Of a DNA stretch of 64,000 bases, positions 51,467-64,000 are shown piece by piece. Source of the stretch: Octopus sinensis (taxonomy: Eukaryota); contig NC_043015.1 in assembly GCF_006345805.1 (NCBI RefSeq), positions 47,864,001 through 47,928,000 of the forward strand. The letters are read 5' to 3'. The notes beneath the pieces are model-generated. The model had not been told where the DNA came from, ran no database searches, and saw nothing but the letters and a program-made list of their open reading frames with translations. Made by a program: the position numbers and the translations under genes. The first letter of the stretch is position 1. The number at the start of each line of letters is the position of its first letter.

Positions 51467-52339
51467 TATACACACACAAACACACACACATATATATAGT
51501 GGCTGTATGGTAAGTAGCTTGCTTACCAACTACATGGTTCCAGGTTCAGTCCTACTGTATGGCACCTTGGCAAGTGTCTTCTACTATAGCCTCGGGCCAA
51601 CCAAAGTGGATCTGGTAGACGGAAACTGAAATAAGACCATCGAATACGTATATGTGTGTGTGTGTATATGTTTGTGTGTCTGTGTTTGTCCCCCATCATC
51701 ACTTGATAACTGATGTTGGTGTATTTATGTCTCCATAACTTAGCAGTTCGGCAAAAGAGAGTGATAGAATAAGTACTAGGCTTACAAAAAATAAGTCCTG
51801 GGGTCGATTTGTTCTACTAAAGGCGGTGCTCCAGCATGGCTGCAGTCAAATGACTGAAACAAATAAGAGAATAAAAGAATATGTATGTATATACATACAT
51901 ACACACACACACACACAAACACACACACATATATATAGTGGCTGTATGGTAAGTAGCTTGCTTACCAACTACATGGTTCCAGGTTCAGTCCTACTGTATG
52001 GCACCTTGGCAAGTGTCTTCTACTATAGCCTCGGGCCAACCAAAGTGGATCTGGTAGACGGAAACTGAAATAAGACCATCGAATACGTATATGTGTGTGT
52101 GTGTATATGTTTGTGTGTCTGTGTTTGTCCCCCATCATCACTTGATAACTGATGTTGGTGTATTTATGTCTCCATAACTTAGCAGTTCGGCAAAAGAGAG
52201 TGATAGAATAAGTACTAGGCTTACAAAAAATAAGTCCTGGGGTCGATTTGTTCTACTAAAGGCGGTGCTCCAGCATGGCTGCAGTCAAATGACTGAAACA
52301 AATAAGAGAATAAAAGAATATGTATGTATATACATACAT

Positions 52340-52344
<5 letters not shown>
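51467..52344 (+). repeat. Tandem duplication of 439 bp containing a SINE A copy
   Basis: Two apparently identical units sharing private changes (AACCAAAG^TGGATCTGG deletion), bounded by CA repeats. Confidence 0.9.
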
Positions 52345-52394
<50 letters not shown>

Positions 52395-53153
52395 ACTGGT
52401 TTCAAATTTTGGCACAAGGCCAGCAAGTTTGTGGGAGTGGGTTAGTCAATTACATCAACCCCAGTCCTCAACTGGTACCTATTTATTCAACCCTGAAAGG
52501 ATGAAAGGCAAAGTGGCCCTTGTGGTATTTGAACTCTGAATATAAATGCAGATGAAATGTTACTAAGCATTTTGCCCAGCATGCTAACAATCCTGCCAGC
52601 TCAGCACCATTATTTATATGTAAAAAGCACCAACTGATCGTGGCTGCTCCTAGCTTCCCCTGACACCTGTACCGGTGGTACATAAAAAGCACTCACTACA
52701 CTCACGGAGTGGTTGGCATTAGGAAGGGCATCCAGCTGTAGAAACACTGCCAGATCAGACTGGAGCCTGGTGCAGCCACCTGGCTTCCCAGACCCTGGTC
52801 GAACCGTCCAGCCCGTGCTAGTATGGAAAACGGACGTTAAACGATGATGATGAACACTAAAAATTAAACAAAGTTAAAAATCAAAAAGTCGGGTGGGATA
52901 GGATTTTGGAAAACCTGTTTTTTTGTTGTTGTTGTCGTTTTTTCTTTGTGACAAAATCATATTTTCTGCTGAATGTAAACATAGAAATCCAAAAAGGATT
53001 TTGGAAAGAAAAGAAAAAAGAAATTACATATAAGGTGACTCAGCACCGCATCTGCCAAATTATGTGAAAGACATTTAGAACAACCTAATCTTAAAAGATG
53101 AAATGTGGTGCCAATGGCTATAAGGAAATCTAGCAGTGTCACTGACTGCTAAA

Positions 53154-53189
<36 letters not shown>

Positions 53190-53212
53190 CCACCACCACC
53201 ACCACCACCACC

Positions 53213-53246
<34 letters not shown>

Positions 53247-54738
53247 TCATTTAATGTCTTCCTTCCATGCTGGCATGGGTCGGACAGTTTGACAGGAGTC
53301 AGAAGACTGCAACCAAGCTCTGCTGTCCTTCCAGACATTAACCACTTTACAGAGCATACAAAAGTGCTCTTTGCATGGCACCAACAAATTGATATTTGGT
53401 CTTGAAACTGCATTGGGTTAAAATAATAGTTACATCTGGGATGTATATACAAAATGTAGAATGATGCTAACAGTAATATTTTGTCTTAGAGGAAAACATC
53501 TCTTTAGAGACTTGGTGTGTTGAAAACACAGCTAACTCAGAATGACATCAGCGAATCATCAGATACTAGTGTTTTGGTTTGATTTAACCTTCTCAGTGAC
53601 AAACACCTCTCATGATTCTGAGCTAAGCCATCTCTTTTGTTCCAATGTAGAAATCAGCAAACAAAACATGCACCTTTATTCCCTTTAATATGTAGTTGTT
53701 TGAATTCAGTATTATTTTTCTAAACTTGAGATAATATGCTTTCAATATATTCTGCAGGTTAACATTACTTTGAAACTGCATTCTTAGAACTATTTCTTAG
53801 CTACACACATTAAAATGTTTTCCCCTTCAGTCTCCTTATTTAAATTAATTTAATTACATAAGTTAGTTTTTCTACTTTGACTATTCGGCCTACTACTCTT
53901 TTTCCTTGTTCTTCCCCAGCTATTGTATGGGTTTGAATTAAGGAATCCACTTCTATTATGTTATGTAATATCTTATAATATCTAAAACTATTATATTTGC
54001 ATTTGGTTTGCAAGAATCTTGTTGTGAACTCATGTATTGAAACAGAATTTGTTGTACATTGGGGTCATTGCCAGTAATAATTGAACACACTTGTTCTATT
54101 TCACGTCTTTTATTATTATTGTTGTTGTTGTTGTTGTTGTTGTCGTCGTCGTCCTTGTCATCGTCATCATCATCATCATCATTATTATTATTATTCAGTA
54201 GTTTTATTTTTATAGCGTGCTTTCACTTCACTACCGAGCGCAGCTCTATGTGCCTTGGGTATGTGCTGTGATTTGTTGTGATTATTATTATTATCATTAT
54301 TATTATTATTATTATTATTAGTCAATGTATTGACATTTAACCAATTAATTAATTGATTGTTTGATTAATTGTTCGGTCAATCAAACTATCATTGCCATTA
54401 ATGACCTCATTAAACACATGCCCTTTCTACTCCAGATCTGCTTCAGGTCTTTTCACCTGTCTTTATGTTTTATAAAAGCTAAAACTATTAACTGGAAGAT
54501 TGATTTTTTTTTTTTTCGTAGTGGTGTATGGGAATGCTGAAATAATTATTCTGCTTGTTAAATTGTTTTATTATTTTGAGATCATTACTGATCTGTACCT
54601 ATTAATTAATAGGTACCTATTCACTATCAATAACATTCTATTCAATAGATGTGATGGTTATGTCTAGTTCAATATTATTTTTAAATAAATTATTTGGTGT
54701 CCCTTGTTATTTCTAATAAATATTTTCATGAATTTTAG

Positions 54739-54899
54739 CCCTTAAAGCAGATCGAAAACGCTTAAAAGCTGAGAAGCTAGAACTTCTAAATCAGATTAAA
54801 AAATTATACAGTACATTAGAAGAAAAGGAAAATGAATTACGAGACTTTCTTCGAAATTATGAACAACAGATAGCTGAAAATGATGAAAACATGAGACAG
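54739..54899 (+). CDS. KAZN: Kazrin-like gene, coding exon (phase 1 to phase 0), conserved coiled-coil core
   Basis: ttttAG|CC...CAG|GTAAGA, 161 nt. Encodes (T)LKADRKRLKAEKLELLNQIKKLYSTLEEKENELRDFLRNYEQQIAENDENMRQ, versus recalled human MKADRKRLKGEKTDLVSQMQQLYATLESREEQLRDFIRNYEQH. Absent from the ORF track. Confidence 0.95.
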
Positions 54900-55196
54900 G
54901 TAAGATTTTGCAGGCAATTTAGAACCTTTTTAACTTGTGTTACATAAAATCTACAAATTTTGTAGACCATAGTTTATTAAAACATAAAACTAAGACAAAA
55001 ACAGTTGATATAAAACAATTTTTGTTTTGGAACAGTGGATGCTGAAGCAAATAATGCTATAAATAACAGCATGTGAATATTGGATTTAAACTTAAATTTT
55101 GGCTCAAGGTCAGTAATGTCAGGGGAAGGGGTAAGTTAGTTACATCGACCCCAGTGCTCAAGTGGTATTTATTTTAACCCTTTTCATTCCCTACAT

Positions 55197-55568
55197 AGGC
55201 GTAGGAGTGGCAGTGTGGCAAGTAGCTTGCTTACGAACCACATGGTTCCGGGTTCAGTCCCACTGCGTGACACCTTGGGCAGGTGTCTTCTACTATAGCC
55301 TCGGGCCAACCAAAGCCTTGTGAGTGAATTTGGTAGACGGAAGCTGAAATAAGCCTGTCGTATATGTTTGTGTGTGTGTCTGTTTGTCTCCCCCAACATC
55401 ACTTGACAACCGATGCTGGTGTGTTTACGTCCCTGTAACTTAGCTGTTCGGCAAAAAGAGACCAATAGAATAAGTACTAGGCTTACAAAGAATAAGTCCT
55501 GGGGTCGATTTGCTCGACTAAAGGCGGTGCTCCAGCATGGCTGCAGTCAAATGACTAAAACAAGTAAA
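55197..55568 (+). mobile_element. SINE family A in a kazrin intron
   Basis: Family A sequence. Confidence 0.85.
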
Positions 55569-56007
55569 ATGAGAGAAAAAAAAAGAAAAGGATCAAAGAC
55601 AAAGTTAACCTCAGCAGAATTTGAACTCAGAGCATAGGGACAGACAAAATGCCACTATGGATGCCTAATGATTCTGCCAGCTTACCCTCTTAAGTAGCAT
55701 GTAAATATTGTTCTAGAAGACTCTATTGGATAGAGAAAGGCAAATGTTAAGCCTCCTAGACTTTGACTTTTTCTATCCAAAAGGTGTTTTTCAGCCCAGT
55801 ATTTACATACTGTTATTTATAGCGTTATCTGCTTCAAGAGCCACTGTTCCAAGAAAAGAATTACTTCATGTTTTGTCAACATTTATGAATTCTTATGAAG
55901 TCAAGGTATGATTACTTTTTTTAACATTTGATCATTATATATGTTGAAATAAATGAATAATTACGATAAATTTATATTTCAACATATTATATATCTTTTA
56001 ATTTTAG

Positions 56008-56154
56008 TTGACTTCAGAAAAAGAACATGTCGAATGTGAAAAGTGGGAGATCATTAAACGGGCCCGAGAAGCTGCAGAAAGATGTGTGATGCTTCAATCA
56101 AGACTTGATTCAAAGGAACAAATAATCAATCAGATGAAACAAGATTTACTTCAA
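56008..56154 (+). CDS. KAZN: Kazrin-like gene, coding exon (phase 0 to phase 0)
   Basis: attttAG|TTG...CAA|GTAAGT, 147 nt (49 codons). Encodes LTSEKEHVECEKWEIIKRAREAAERCVMLQSRLDSKEQIINQMKQDLLQ, versus recalled human LAKEKDLLEREKWELRRQAKEATDHATALRSQLDLKDNRMKELEAEL. Confidence 0.93.
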
Positions 56155-56348
56155 GTAAGTTCAAATCCTGCCAAATCTTCTTGAGGTCCATTTTGCTTTC
56201 GTGTTTTTTTTTGGTGGGGGGGGGGGTCGATATATAAAGTAACAGTTCAGTTCAGAGGTTGGATCAATTCCTTTCTCTTTCAAAGAAATCTGACTTGGAA
56301 ACAGCTGGAATCCACCAAGATTAAAATGGCCAAGACATGTGTCATTAT

Positions 56349-56580
56349 TATTTCTTTATTGCCCACAAGGGGGCTAAACACAGAGGGGACAAACAAGGAC
56401 AGACAAACGGATTAAGTCGATTACATCGACCCCAGTGCGTAACTGGTACTTATTTAATCGACCTCGATAGGATGAAAGGCAAAGTCGACCTCGGCTGAAT
56501 TTGAACTCGGAACGTAATGACAGACGAAATACGGCTACGCATTTCGCCCGGCGTGCTAACGTTTCTGCCAGCTCGCCGCT
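56349..56580 (-). mobile_element. SINE family B monomer in a kazrin intron
   Basis: TGTGTCATTAT at 56338-56348 and 56588-56598 (probable TSD). Confidence 0.82.
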
Positions 56581-58456
56581 GGCATATTGTGTCATTATGT
56601 CACACATAGACCCTACAAGACCTCTGTTAGAAGTCAAGGACCTCTGTACATGTGTGTGTGTATGATAAACAGTGATGATGCTAATGTGTATGTGTGTACA
56701 CACACATACACATATGTGCTATCCTGCACCCTCAGTCACAACTAGTGGCTATTGAATTTTTCCTTTTTGGTTTTATATTGCTTATAGGTGCAGGAGTGGC
56801 TGTGTGGTAGTTAGCTTGCTTACCAACCACATGGTTCTGGGTTCAGTCCCAGTGCGTGGCACCTTGGGCAAATATCTTCTACTATAACCTCGGGTCAACC
56901 AAAGCCTTGTGAGTGGATTTGGTGGACAGAAACTGAAAGAAGACCGTCGTATATATGTGTGTGGTGGGTGGAGACAAACATTGACACACAAATAAATAAA
57001 TATATATATATACACACACACACTCACACACACACACACACACATATCATCATCATCATCGTTTAACGTCCGTTCTCCATGCTAGCATGGGTTGGACGGT
57101 TCGACCAGGGATCTGGGAAGCCAGAAGGCTGCACCAGGCTCCGGTCTTATCTGGCAATGTTTCTACAGCTGGATGCCCTTCCTAACGCCAACCACTCCGC
57201 GAATGTAGTGGGTGCTTTTTACGTGCCACCTGCACTGGAGCCAGGTGAGGCTGGCATCGTCCACGGTCGCATTGGTGCAATTTACGTGCCACCTGCACGG
57301 AAGCCAGTCGAGGTGGCACTGGCTTCGGCCACGATTCGGATGGTGCTTTTTACGTGCCACTGACACGGAAGCCAGTCGAGGCGACGCTGGCATCGGCCAT
57401 ATATATATATATACACACACATCCTGGTTTGTTTTAGGTTCTGTCTATCAAATGCACTCACATAGTTTTGGTCAGCCCAAGGCTATAGTAGAAGACACTT
57501 GCCCAAAGTGCCATGCAGTGGGACTGAACCTGGAATCACATGTTTGGTAAACAAGCTACTTATGACACAGCCACTCCTATATATATATATAATATATATA
57601 TATATTTCCAATATAAGGTGTCATGGTAATTTAACTGATTGAGAATTTCAATGAAATAGAAGTGTGGCATATCTGCATGAGTAGGTGTGCTTGACTTGAC
57701 CTGGTTTAACTGGTTTTTGAAGAATTAACTTTTATGATTACTTTGTCACTAATTAAATTGTGTAACCAGTATCAGCAGCAGGGCCAAGGTCATCTTCTTT
57801 CACTGGCTGTCGTTGTAAAATACTCTACTTGTACACAGAGCATGTTTTAATATCAGTGTCTACTCTCAGATCTTGTTACTTCATATATTTTTGTATGGTT
57901 TTAAAATCCAGATAGTTTCTGAAACGCTCCTATTGTTAATGATTTGTAGATAAGGAATCTTATCTTAGAGTTTTTCTCTTGAATTTAATGTTTAAAGAAT
58001 CAATAAATTTCTGGCTTTTCAAACCAGTGAATCTGTAATCACCAGTGAATTGAGCATGTTTCAGGTTCAATCCCATTGCTAAGCATCTTGAGTGAGTGTC
58101 TTCTGTTGGGAATCCTGAACAACAAAAGGCTTGTAAGTGGATTTAGTAGACAGAAACTGAAAAAAGTCTGTGATATATGTGTTTTTGCGTGTGTGTGTCC
58201 CACCACCACTTGACAACCGGTGTTGGTTTGTTTGTGGCCCCTTGACTTAACTTAGTGGTTCAGCAAAAGAAACCAATAGAATAAGTACCAGGCTTATAAG
58301 AAAAAGTACTGGAACCAATTTGTTCAACTAAACCCTTCAAGATGGTGCCCAGCATGGCTGCAGTCCAATGATTGAAACAAGTAAAAAATTAAATGTGTGC
58401 GTGTGTATAAAGATGTATCTAATGATATATACATATGTAAAAGCACACTAGAAATA

Positions 58457-59007
58457 TTGGGTTGTCCGGAAAGTTTGTGCCAATTTATAGTAGCTTACCT
58501 TTCGATTTATTTTAGAATATGGTTGAGTCCATAAAATAGGATTTGACTACACCTCCATTTAAGCTATCTTTTCGTGGAAGAAGATTTATGTTCCTATAAC
58601 CTGTGTTAATTCTGTAACCCCTTAAAATGAAAGATAAGAAAGTTCATTTTCGGCACTTGATGCTTTGGGAACCAGACAAAAATTGCTGCAGCTCGGCTGG
58701 GATGTGTTACCCCACCCTCCATATTCATCAGATATTGTTCCTTCAGATTTCCACTTATTCAGGTCTCTGCAGAGTAGTCTTAATGGTAAAAATTTCAATT
58801 CTTTGGATAATCTAAAAAGATACCTTGATGAATTCTTTGCCATGAAACCTCAATTCTGGGAAGAGGGTATTTTCAAGTTAAAGGAAAGATGGAGATGCAT
58901 TGTGCAATAAAATGGTTCATATTTACTTAATTAAAAATGTGATGGCAAGTATTTATTGACCTTTTTCTTTCTTTTAAAAATCGGCATGAACTTTCCGGAC
59001 AACCCAA
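58457..59007 (+). mobile_element. Internally deleted mariner element
   Basis: TA-flanked TIRs TTGGGTTGTCCGGAAAGTT. Transposase N-terminus MKDKKVHFRHLMLWE is joined to the C-terminus GWDVLPHPPYSSDIVPSDFHLFRSLQ...WEEGIFKLKERW. Confidence 0.92.
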
Positions 59008-59454
59008 TATTATTATTTACATTTCACTGTATAGTTGAGATATTCGTCACAGTAAAATGTCAGTTAATAGCTTGGAACTTAAATGGGATGGCGACAGTAA
59101 AATGCCATCGGTTCATTAAATCCAGGTTAGATGAAAGACAATTCAGTCACTAACAGTTACCATCCTATTTTGATTTCAGACAATCATTTTGACTTGACCA
59201 TCACCAACACGTTGTCAAATGATGATGATGATAATGATAAAAATAATAATCATTTCAGCTTTAGGGACAAGCCCTGAAATTTTGTGGGAAGGGACTGATT
59301 GATTATATCAGCGTCAATCCTTATTTAAAATAAGCAGTGGTGTTGGTGTAATCAACTAGGATGAATAGCAAAGTTGACCTGAGCAGAATTTGAACTCAGA
59401 ATGTAAAGGTGAATGAGATGCAGCTAAGCATTATGTCCAGCATGCTAACATTTC

Positions 59455-60054
59455 TTATTTCTTTATTGCCCACAAGGGGCCAAACATAGAGGGGACAAAC
59501 AAGGACAGACAAACGGATTAAGTCGATTATATCGACCCCAGTGCGTAACTGGTACTTAATTTATCGATCCCAAAAGGATGAAAGGCAAAGTCGACCTCGG
59601 CGGAATTTGAACTCAGAACGTAACAGCAGACGAAATACCTGTTTATTTACTACCCACAAGGGGCAAAACACAGAGAGGACAAATAAGAACAGACAAACAG
59701 ATTAAGTTGATTATATCAACCCCAGTGCGTAACTGGTACTTAATTTATCGACCCCAAAAGGATGAAAGGCAAAGTCAACCTTGGCGGAATATGAACTCAG
59801 AACATAACGGCAGATGAAATACCTATTTATTTACTACCCACAAGGGGCTAAACACAGATAGGACAAACAAGGGAAAACAAACGGATTAAGTCGATTATAT
59901 CGACACCAGTGCGTAACTGGTACTTATTTAATCGACCCCAAAAGGATGAAATGCAAAGTCGACCTCGGCAGAATTTGAACTCAGAACGTAGCGGCAGGCG
60001 AAATACTGCTAAGCATTTCACCCAGTGTGCTAACAATTCTGCCAGCTCGCTGCC
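59455..60054 (-). mobile_element. SINE family B trimer
   Basis: Three bodies and one head, with the same junction point as 5146-5738. Confidence 0.85.
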
Positions 60055-61120
60055 TTAACCCTTTCATTACTGCATTCATTTTGAGATGCTCTGTGTTTCT
60101 TTCACTAAGCAATGGTTCCAGAAATATATTAATTTTGTTATTGCTTCTTTATGCAAAATGATGATCAGCCTTTAATCATGTGACAAACAAAAATAATTAC
60201 TTTTATTATTACTCATATTCTCATTTTGTTGCCATAAAGAAGTTAATTGTATTTCTTCTATTTGGGTTAATTAGTAAGGTGTAGCTTCTCTGTAATTTGC
60301 TAAAGTGTCAGAGAAAACCACTTAACCTATTTAATTGCATATTTGTTAGCAGAGAGGAAGATAATTCCTGACGAATTAACTTCGTCTAAGATTACCGTCA
60401 TAATTATCATTTTATGACCATTTTTCCATGCTGGCATGGGTTAGATGGATTTCACAAAATCTTGCCTCTCATCAAAATGTTTATCACAAGAGAAAACTGG
60501 CTCCTCTCTTACAGCATGGACTAGATTTTGTCATGTGACTGGTCCAAGGGTGATTCTTTGCAGCAAGACTAAAGAATTTTTTCTGAGGTGTGGGCATGGT
60601 TGTGTCAGAAGAAGCTTGCTTCCCAACCGCATGGTTCTGGTTTCAATCTCACTGAGTGACACTTGGGTTGTATATTCTGTTATAGCTGCTGCAGGCCAAC
60701 TAATTCCTTGTGAATGAATTGAGTAGGCAGAAATTGTGTGGAAGCCTTTCATGTATACAAATATATATATATATATATAAAGCAGAGTCTGTGTGTGTGT
60801 GTGTGTGTGTGTGTGCATGTATGTTCCTTATGCATTCGAAAACTTAGTAGCCAATTTTGACATATGGAGTATCAAAAGATTCAGTAATCTTTCAGCTACC
60901 AAATAAACTTTATTTTCATTTACATATTTGCATTACAAAAATTTAACATTATAATCTTTCTATAAGTCAACCATCATAAACAACATTTTATACCGCCACC
61001 ACCACGTCACATTTTCTATATGAGTGTGTGTGTGTGTGTGTGTCTATGAGTGTGTGTGTGTTTGCAAGTTCATCATATAATTTAGGCCGATGACTGAGAA
61101 GTATGTGCTTGAGTGTATGT

Positions 61121-61165
<45 letters not shown>

Positions 61166-61479
61166 CTAGAGAGAGTAAGACACACAGACAGAGATACGCC
61201 TGAGGTGTGCTTGAATGTGCTTCAACATTCACAGATTTTCAGTTCAAAATTCTATCCTATTATCATTACAATTTGGATATTTTTTTAATAAAATATAGAT
61301 ATTTTAAAAATAATTATGAGAATGTATCTTTATATTTACTGTTTAATCTGAATAAGAATAGCAGTAACCCCAGCAACACCGGGTCATTCAGCTAGCATAT
61401 ATATATATATATGGTATACATCTTGTTAGCTCGTAGAATCAACCATTGTAGTAATAGTAGCAGAGAGAGATAGAGAGGA

Positions 61480-61720
61480 CATGATATTCACATCAGTGGG
61501 CAAAGTGGCTATGTTATTGATGTGTGGTTTCCATGAAAGGTCATCAGATGCTGTCAGGTCATGTATTTCTTAAGTGTGTCATGGATTTAGTTGAGTGTCT
61601 TTCATGGGGTTTCAAGTGTCTGTCCTTGATAATGTGTGTTGATGCTGTTGAAAGAGATTAGGTTGCCATTTTCCCATCGGAGAATATTCTCTTGGTCTCT
61701 GATCATGAAGTGATTCCTAA
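61480..61720 (-). mobile_element. CR1/L2-type reverse transcriptase fragment
   Basis: The - strand encodes SDDLSWKPHINNI, the LSW..HI..I motif. Confidence 0.5.
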
Positions 61721-62143
61721 CTAATATGAGTTGTCAACAGTGTATGAGGCCAATGTATAATGTATGTGGGAAGAGTTATTGAGGAGAGAAGAGAGATATT
61801 GTTTATATTGTGTGTGTATGTGTAGTGAGATATTTATATATAGAATGCTTAGTGTGGAGAATTTAATAAAACTTAAGTGGTCGACTTCATCTATTACCGG
61901 TTTAGCACCATCGTCTAGACTATCTTCAACAGTATCCACCACACTGGTATAAAAATTTGTGTAAGGAATGTAAATTGTGACTAAGGTTTGGTGGAAGATT
62001 TTAATTCAAAACTTATGAAAACAAGATATTTGTACTCAGAGCCAGAGCCAGTTTCAGCCAGGTTGGTAACGAAAGGGTTAAGGTGTCTTTCATTATTAAC
62101 TAAATAAGATATCATTTTCTCAAATATTCAAAAGTTTTGTTAA

Positions 62144-62371
62144 CCCTTCAGTATTCAGATTACTCTGTCAAATGTAATACTCATGTATTAACATTGCCTT
62201 TTTTTTTTAATTAATCATGCATTATCTTTTAGCTTCAAGATTTTTGACGATGTAATTGCATACTTTTAGAATGACATTGTAAAGTAGGTATGAAAGGCTT
62301 GATCTGACCAGTTTGAACATGAAGCATGTAGAATATTTGGGCTGGATATGGTCAGCTTAAACACAAAAGGG
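62144..62371. mobile_element. piggyBac-type MITE
   Basis: TTAA|CCCTT...AAGGG|TTAA termini. Confidence 0.65.
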
Positions 62372-62609
62372 TTAAAGTCTTAATTTCATACAGTTATAGA
62401 CTAATTGAGGACATCATTTCAGTGATATTATCTTTGTAAAATCTCAAATAAAACAATGAGGACAAGAACCCAATAGTTTGACCTGATAATGGAATTGAGA
62501 ATAAAATGGTCAAATCTAAAAAAGAGAAACTTGCTAATTTTTAAGAGAATAGAAAATGGTAATTGAAAAATTCATTGTAACAAGGTCAATTTTTCTTCAT
62601 TTATTGCAG

Positions 62610-62769
62610 TTAAAGAATCAGTTCTCTTCGACTTATAAAATGCAGCCAAATAACACGTCTGATATATTTGATAATTCAAAGTGTTTGAAAGAAAGTCAAT
62701 CAGTGGAAGAGTTACTGTCACCTGAAAAAAAATCATCAGAAAAATCTCTTGAAGATAATAATTTAAAGC
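62610..62769 (+). CDS. KAZN: Kazrin-like gene, probable next coding exon (phase 0 to phase 1), linker region; gene continues beyond the window
   Basis: Strong acceptor tttttcttcatttattgcAG, donor AAGC|GTAAGT, open frame LKNQFSSTYKMQPNNTSDIF...SLEDNNLK, phase matches the previous exon. Sequence similarity to known kazrin is weak here. Confidence 0.72.
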
Positions 62770-62826
62770 GTAAGTATTTTTATACATACATACACATATG
62801 CATGCTGATATAAACATGTATGCATA

Positions 62827-62910
<84 letters not shown>

Positions 62911-64000
62911 AAGTAAGACAACAAAATATGCAAGATTCTTTTAAAGTTTAGAGTGGTATGACTAGAATGAAATCAAGAATATTCACTAAATTTGATTTGC
63001 TATAGAATTTAATGGCAGAATTAACCAATTTCCAAATTGCTGTTTTAAATTGTTTTAATACAAAAGAATTTCTATATTTATTTAGTGTATAATACAGACT
63101 TCTTTCCCAGATTTTAAAGCCTGAACATTAATGGAGAGTATTATACTTAAGATCTAAAATGTTAATCTATGTTTACCTGGCGCCAAGTGTGTGGCCATTT
63201 TAAAGATGGCATTGCAAGAAATAAGTTATATCAATTGTTCGAGTTAACTGATATGTAATCAAGAGTTTAAATCATTATAATAATGTTACATTTTTCAGTA
63301 ATATTCTTGCAAATATCAAATCAATATTGGTAAGCATGAGTGCTTCAGATTAGATTAATATCATTCATTTCCAATAGTCTTCAAAAATACTCCTGGCTAT
63401 GGGAAAATATTACCTTGCTTGAAAGTAGGTGAGAGTTGACAATAGGTAGTGTCTCTGATTGTAGACAAGCTGCCTTAATCACACTATATTTCAATTTATT
63501 AAGATTCTGATTAAATTTTTCTAGCATGAAATTAAAAAAGAAAATGCCAATTCCTGAATATTTAAGTGTCTAAAATGTCTAAAACTTCAAATTTGCTTTT
63601 TGTTGCATTTAGAATTTGGGAACTTTTTCAATGTGTTTATACAGCAATTACAATAAATCTGACTAATCATTTTGCCTTCCATACAACATAATACATAAGA
63701 AAAGTCAGTACTTATTTTACAGGGGAGATATTTATCCAGAATTCCATTTCCCATTATGAGAGGCATTACTATATAATAATATATGAATAAATATGATAAA
63801 TTTTTTGTGCAGATGGCAATCTAGATAGACATTTAGCTAAAAATTTTGTCAATGCGCAAATACTTTTAAATTATTGATAATATGTGCATAGGTTTTTATC
63901 ACCTCCACAAAACATGCCAACCCTTTCTAAAACTTGAAATGATCATTGAAAATTGAATAATCATTTTTAAATAACTTTGATGTCATTAACTTTTTCAAAG

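Noticed and set aside
51388-51629. Extension of ORF 51126-51629 past the exon
   Set aside because: It reads through a consensus donor into intron and SINE A sequence. The ATG at 51126 is also intronic.
53075-53452. Poly-Gly/Asp or poly-Ser/Pro ORFs
   Set aside because: A (CAT)n(CAC)n expansion in the tail of a family C element.
51497-57578. Inverted SINE A copies flanking exons 54739-56154 as circRNA drivers
   Set aside because: The - copy at about 57420 has a closer + partner at about 56785 in the same intron, and there is no expression evidence.
63813-63878. Possible further kazrin exon (phase-compatible HGNLDRHLAKNF...)
   Set aside because: Short pyrimidine tract, no convincing donor and no recognised homology.

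Overview
Eukaryotic, AT-rich, repeat-dense genomic DNA. The SINE types, microsatellite load and gene structure suggest an Octopus (coleoid cephalopod) assembly; this is an inference. There is one 100-N gap at 41099-41198. The only host gene I can support is a + strand kazrin (KAZN) orthologue. Four in-frame GT-AG coding exons lie at 51157-51387, 54739-54899, 56008-56154 and 62610-62769, with a weak candidate first coding exon at 2119-2188, so most of the window is probably one very long intron. The rest is transposable elements: several tRNA-derived SINE families, RTE and CR1-type LINE 3' fragments, mariner, piggyBac-type and Merlin-like non-autonomous DNA elements, short Helitrons, and Penelope-like termini carrying minimal hammerhead ribozyme motifs. 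Almost all ORFs in the supplied track are microsatellite or SINE read-throughs. I found no demonstrably new biological system. The best leads are five minimal hammerhead motifs (one with its catalytic core inside a 37-bp hairpin), a SINE that retroposes as position-specific dimers and trimers, and a GG-ended MITE with an 8-bp target duplication. Repeat boundaries were read by eye and may be off by a few bases.
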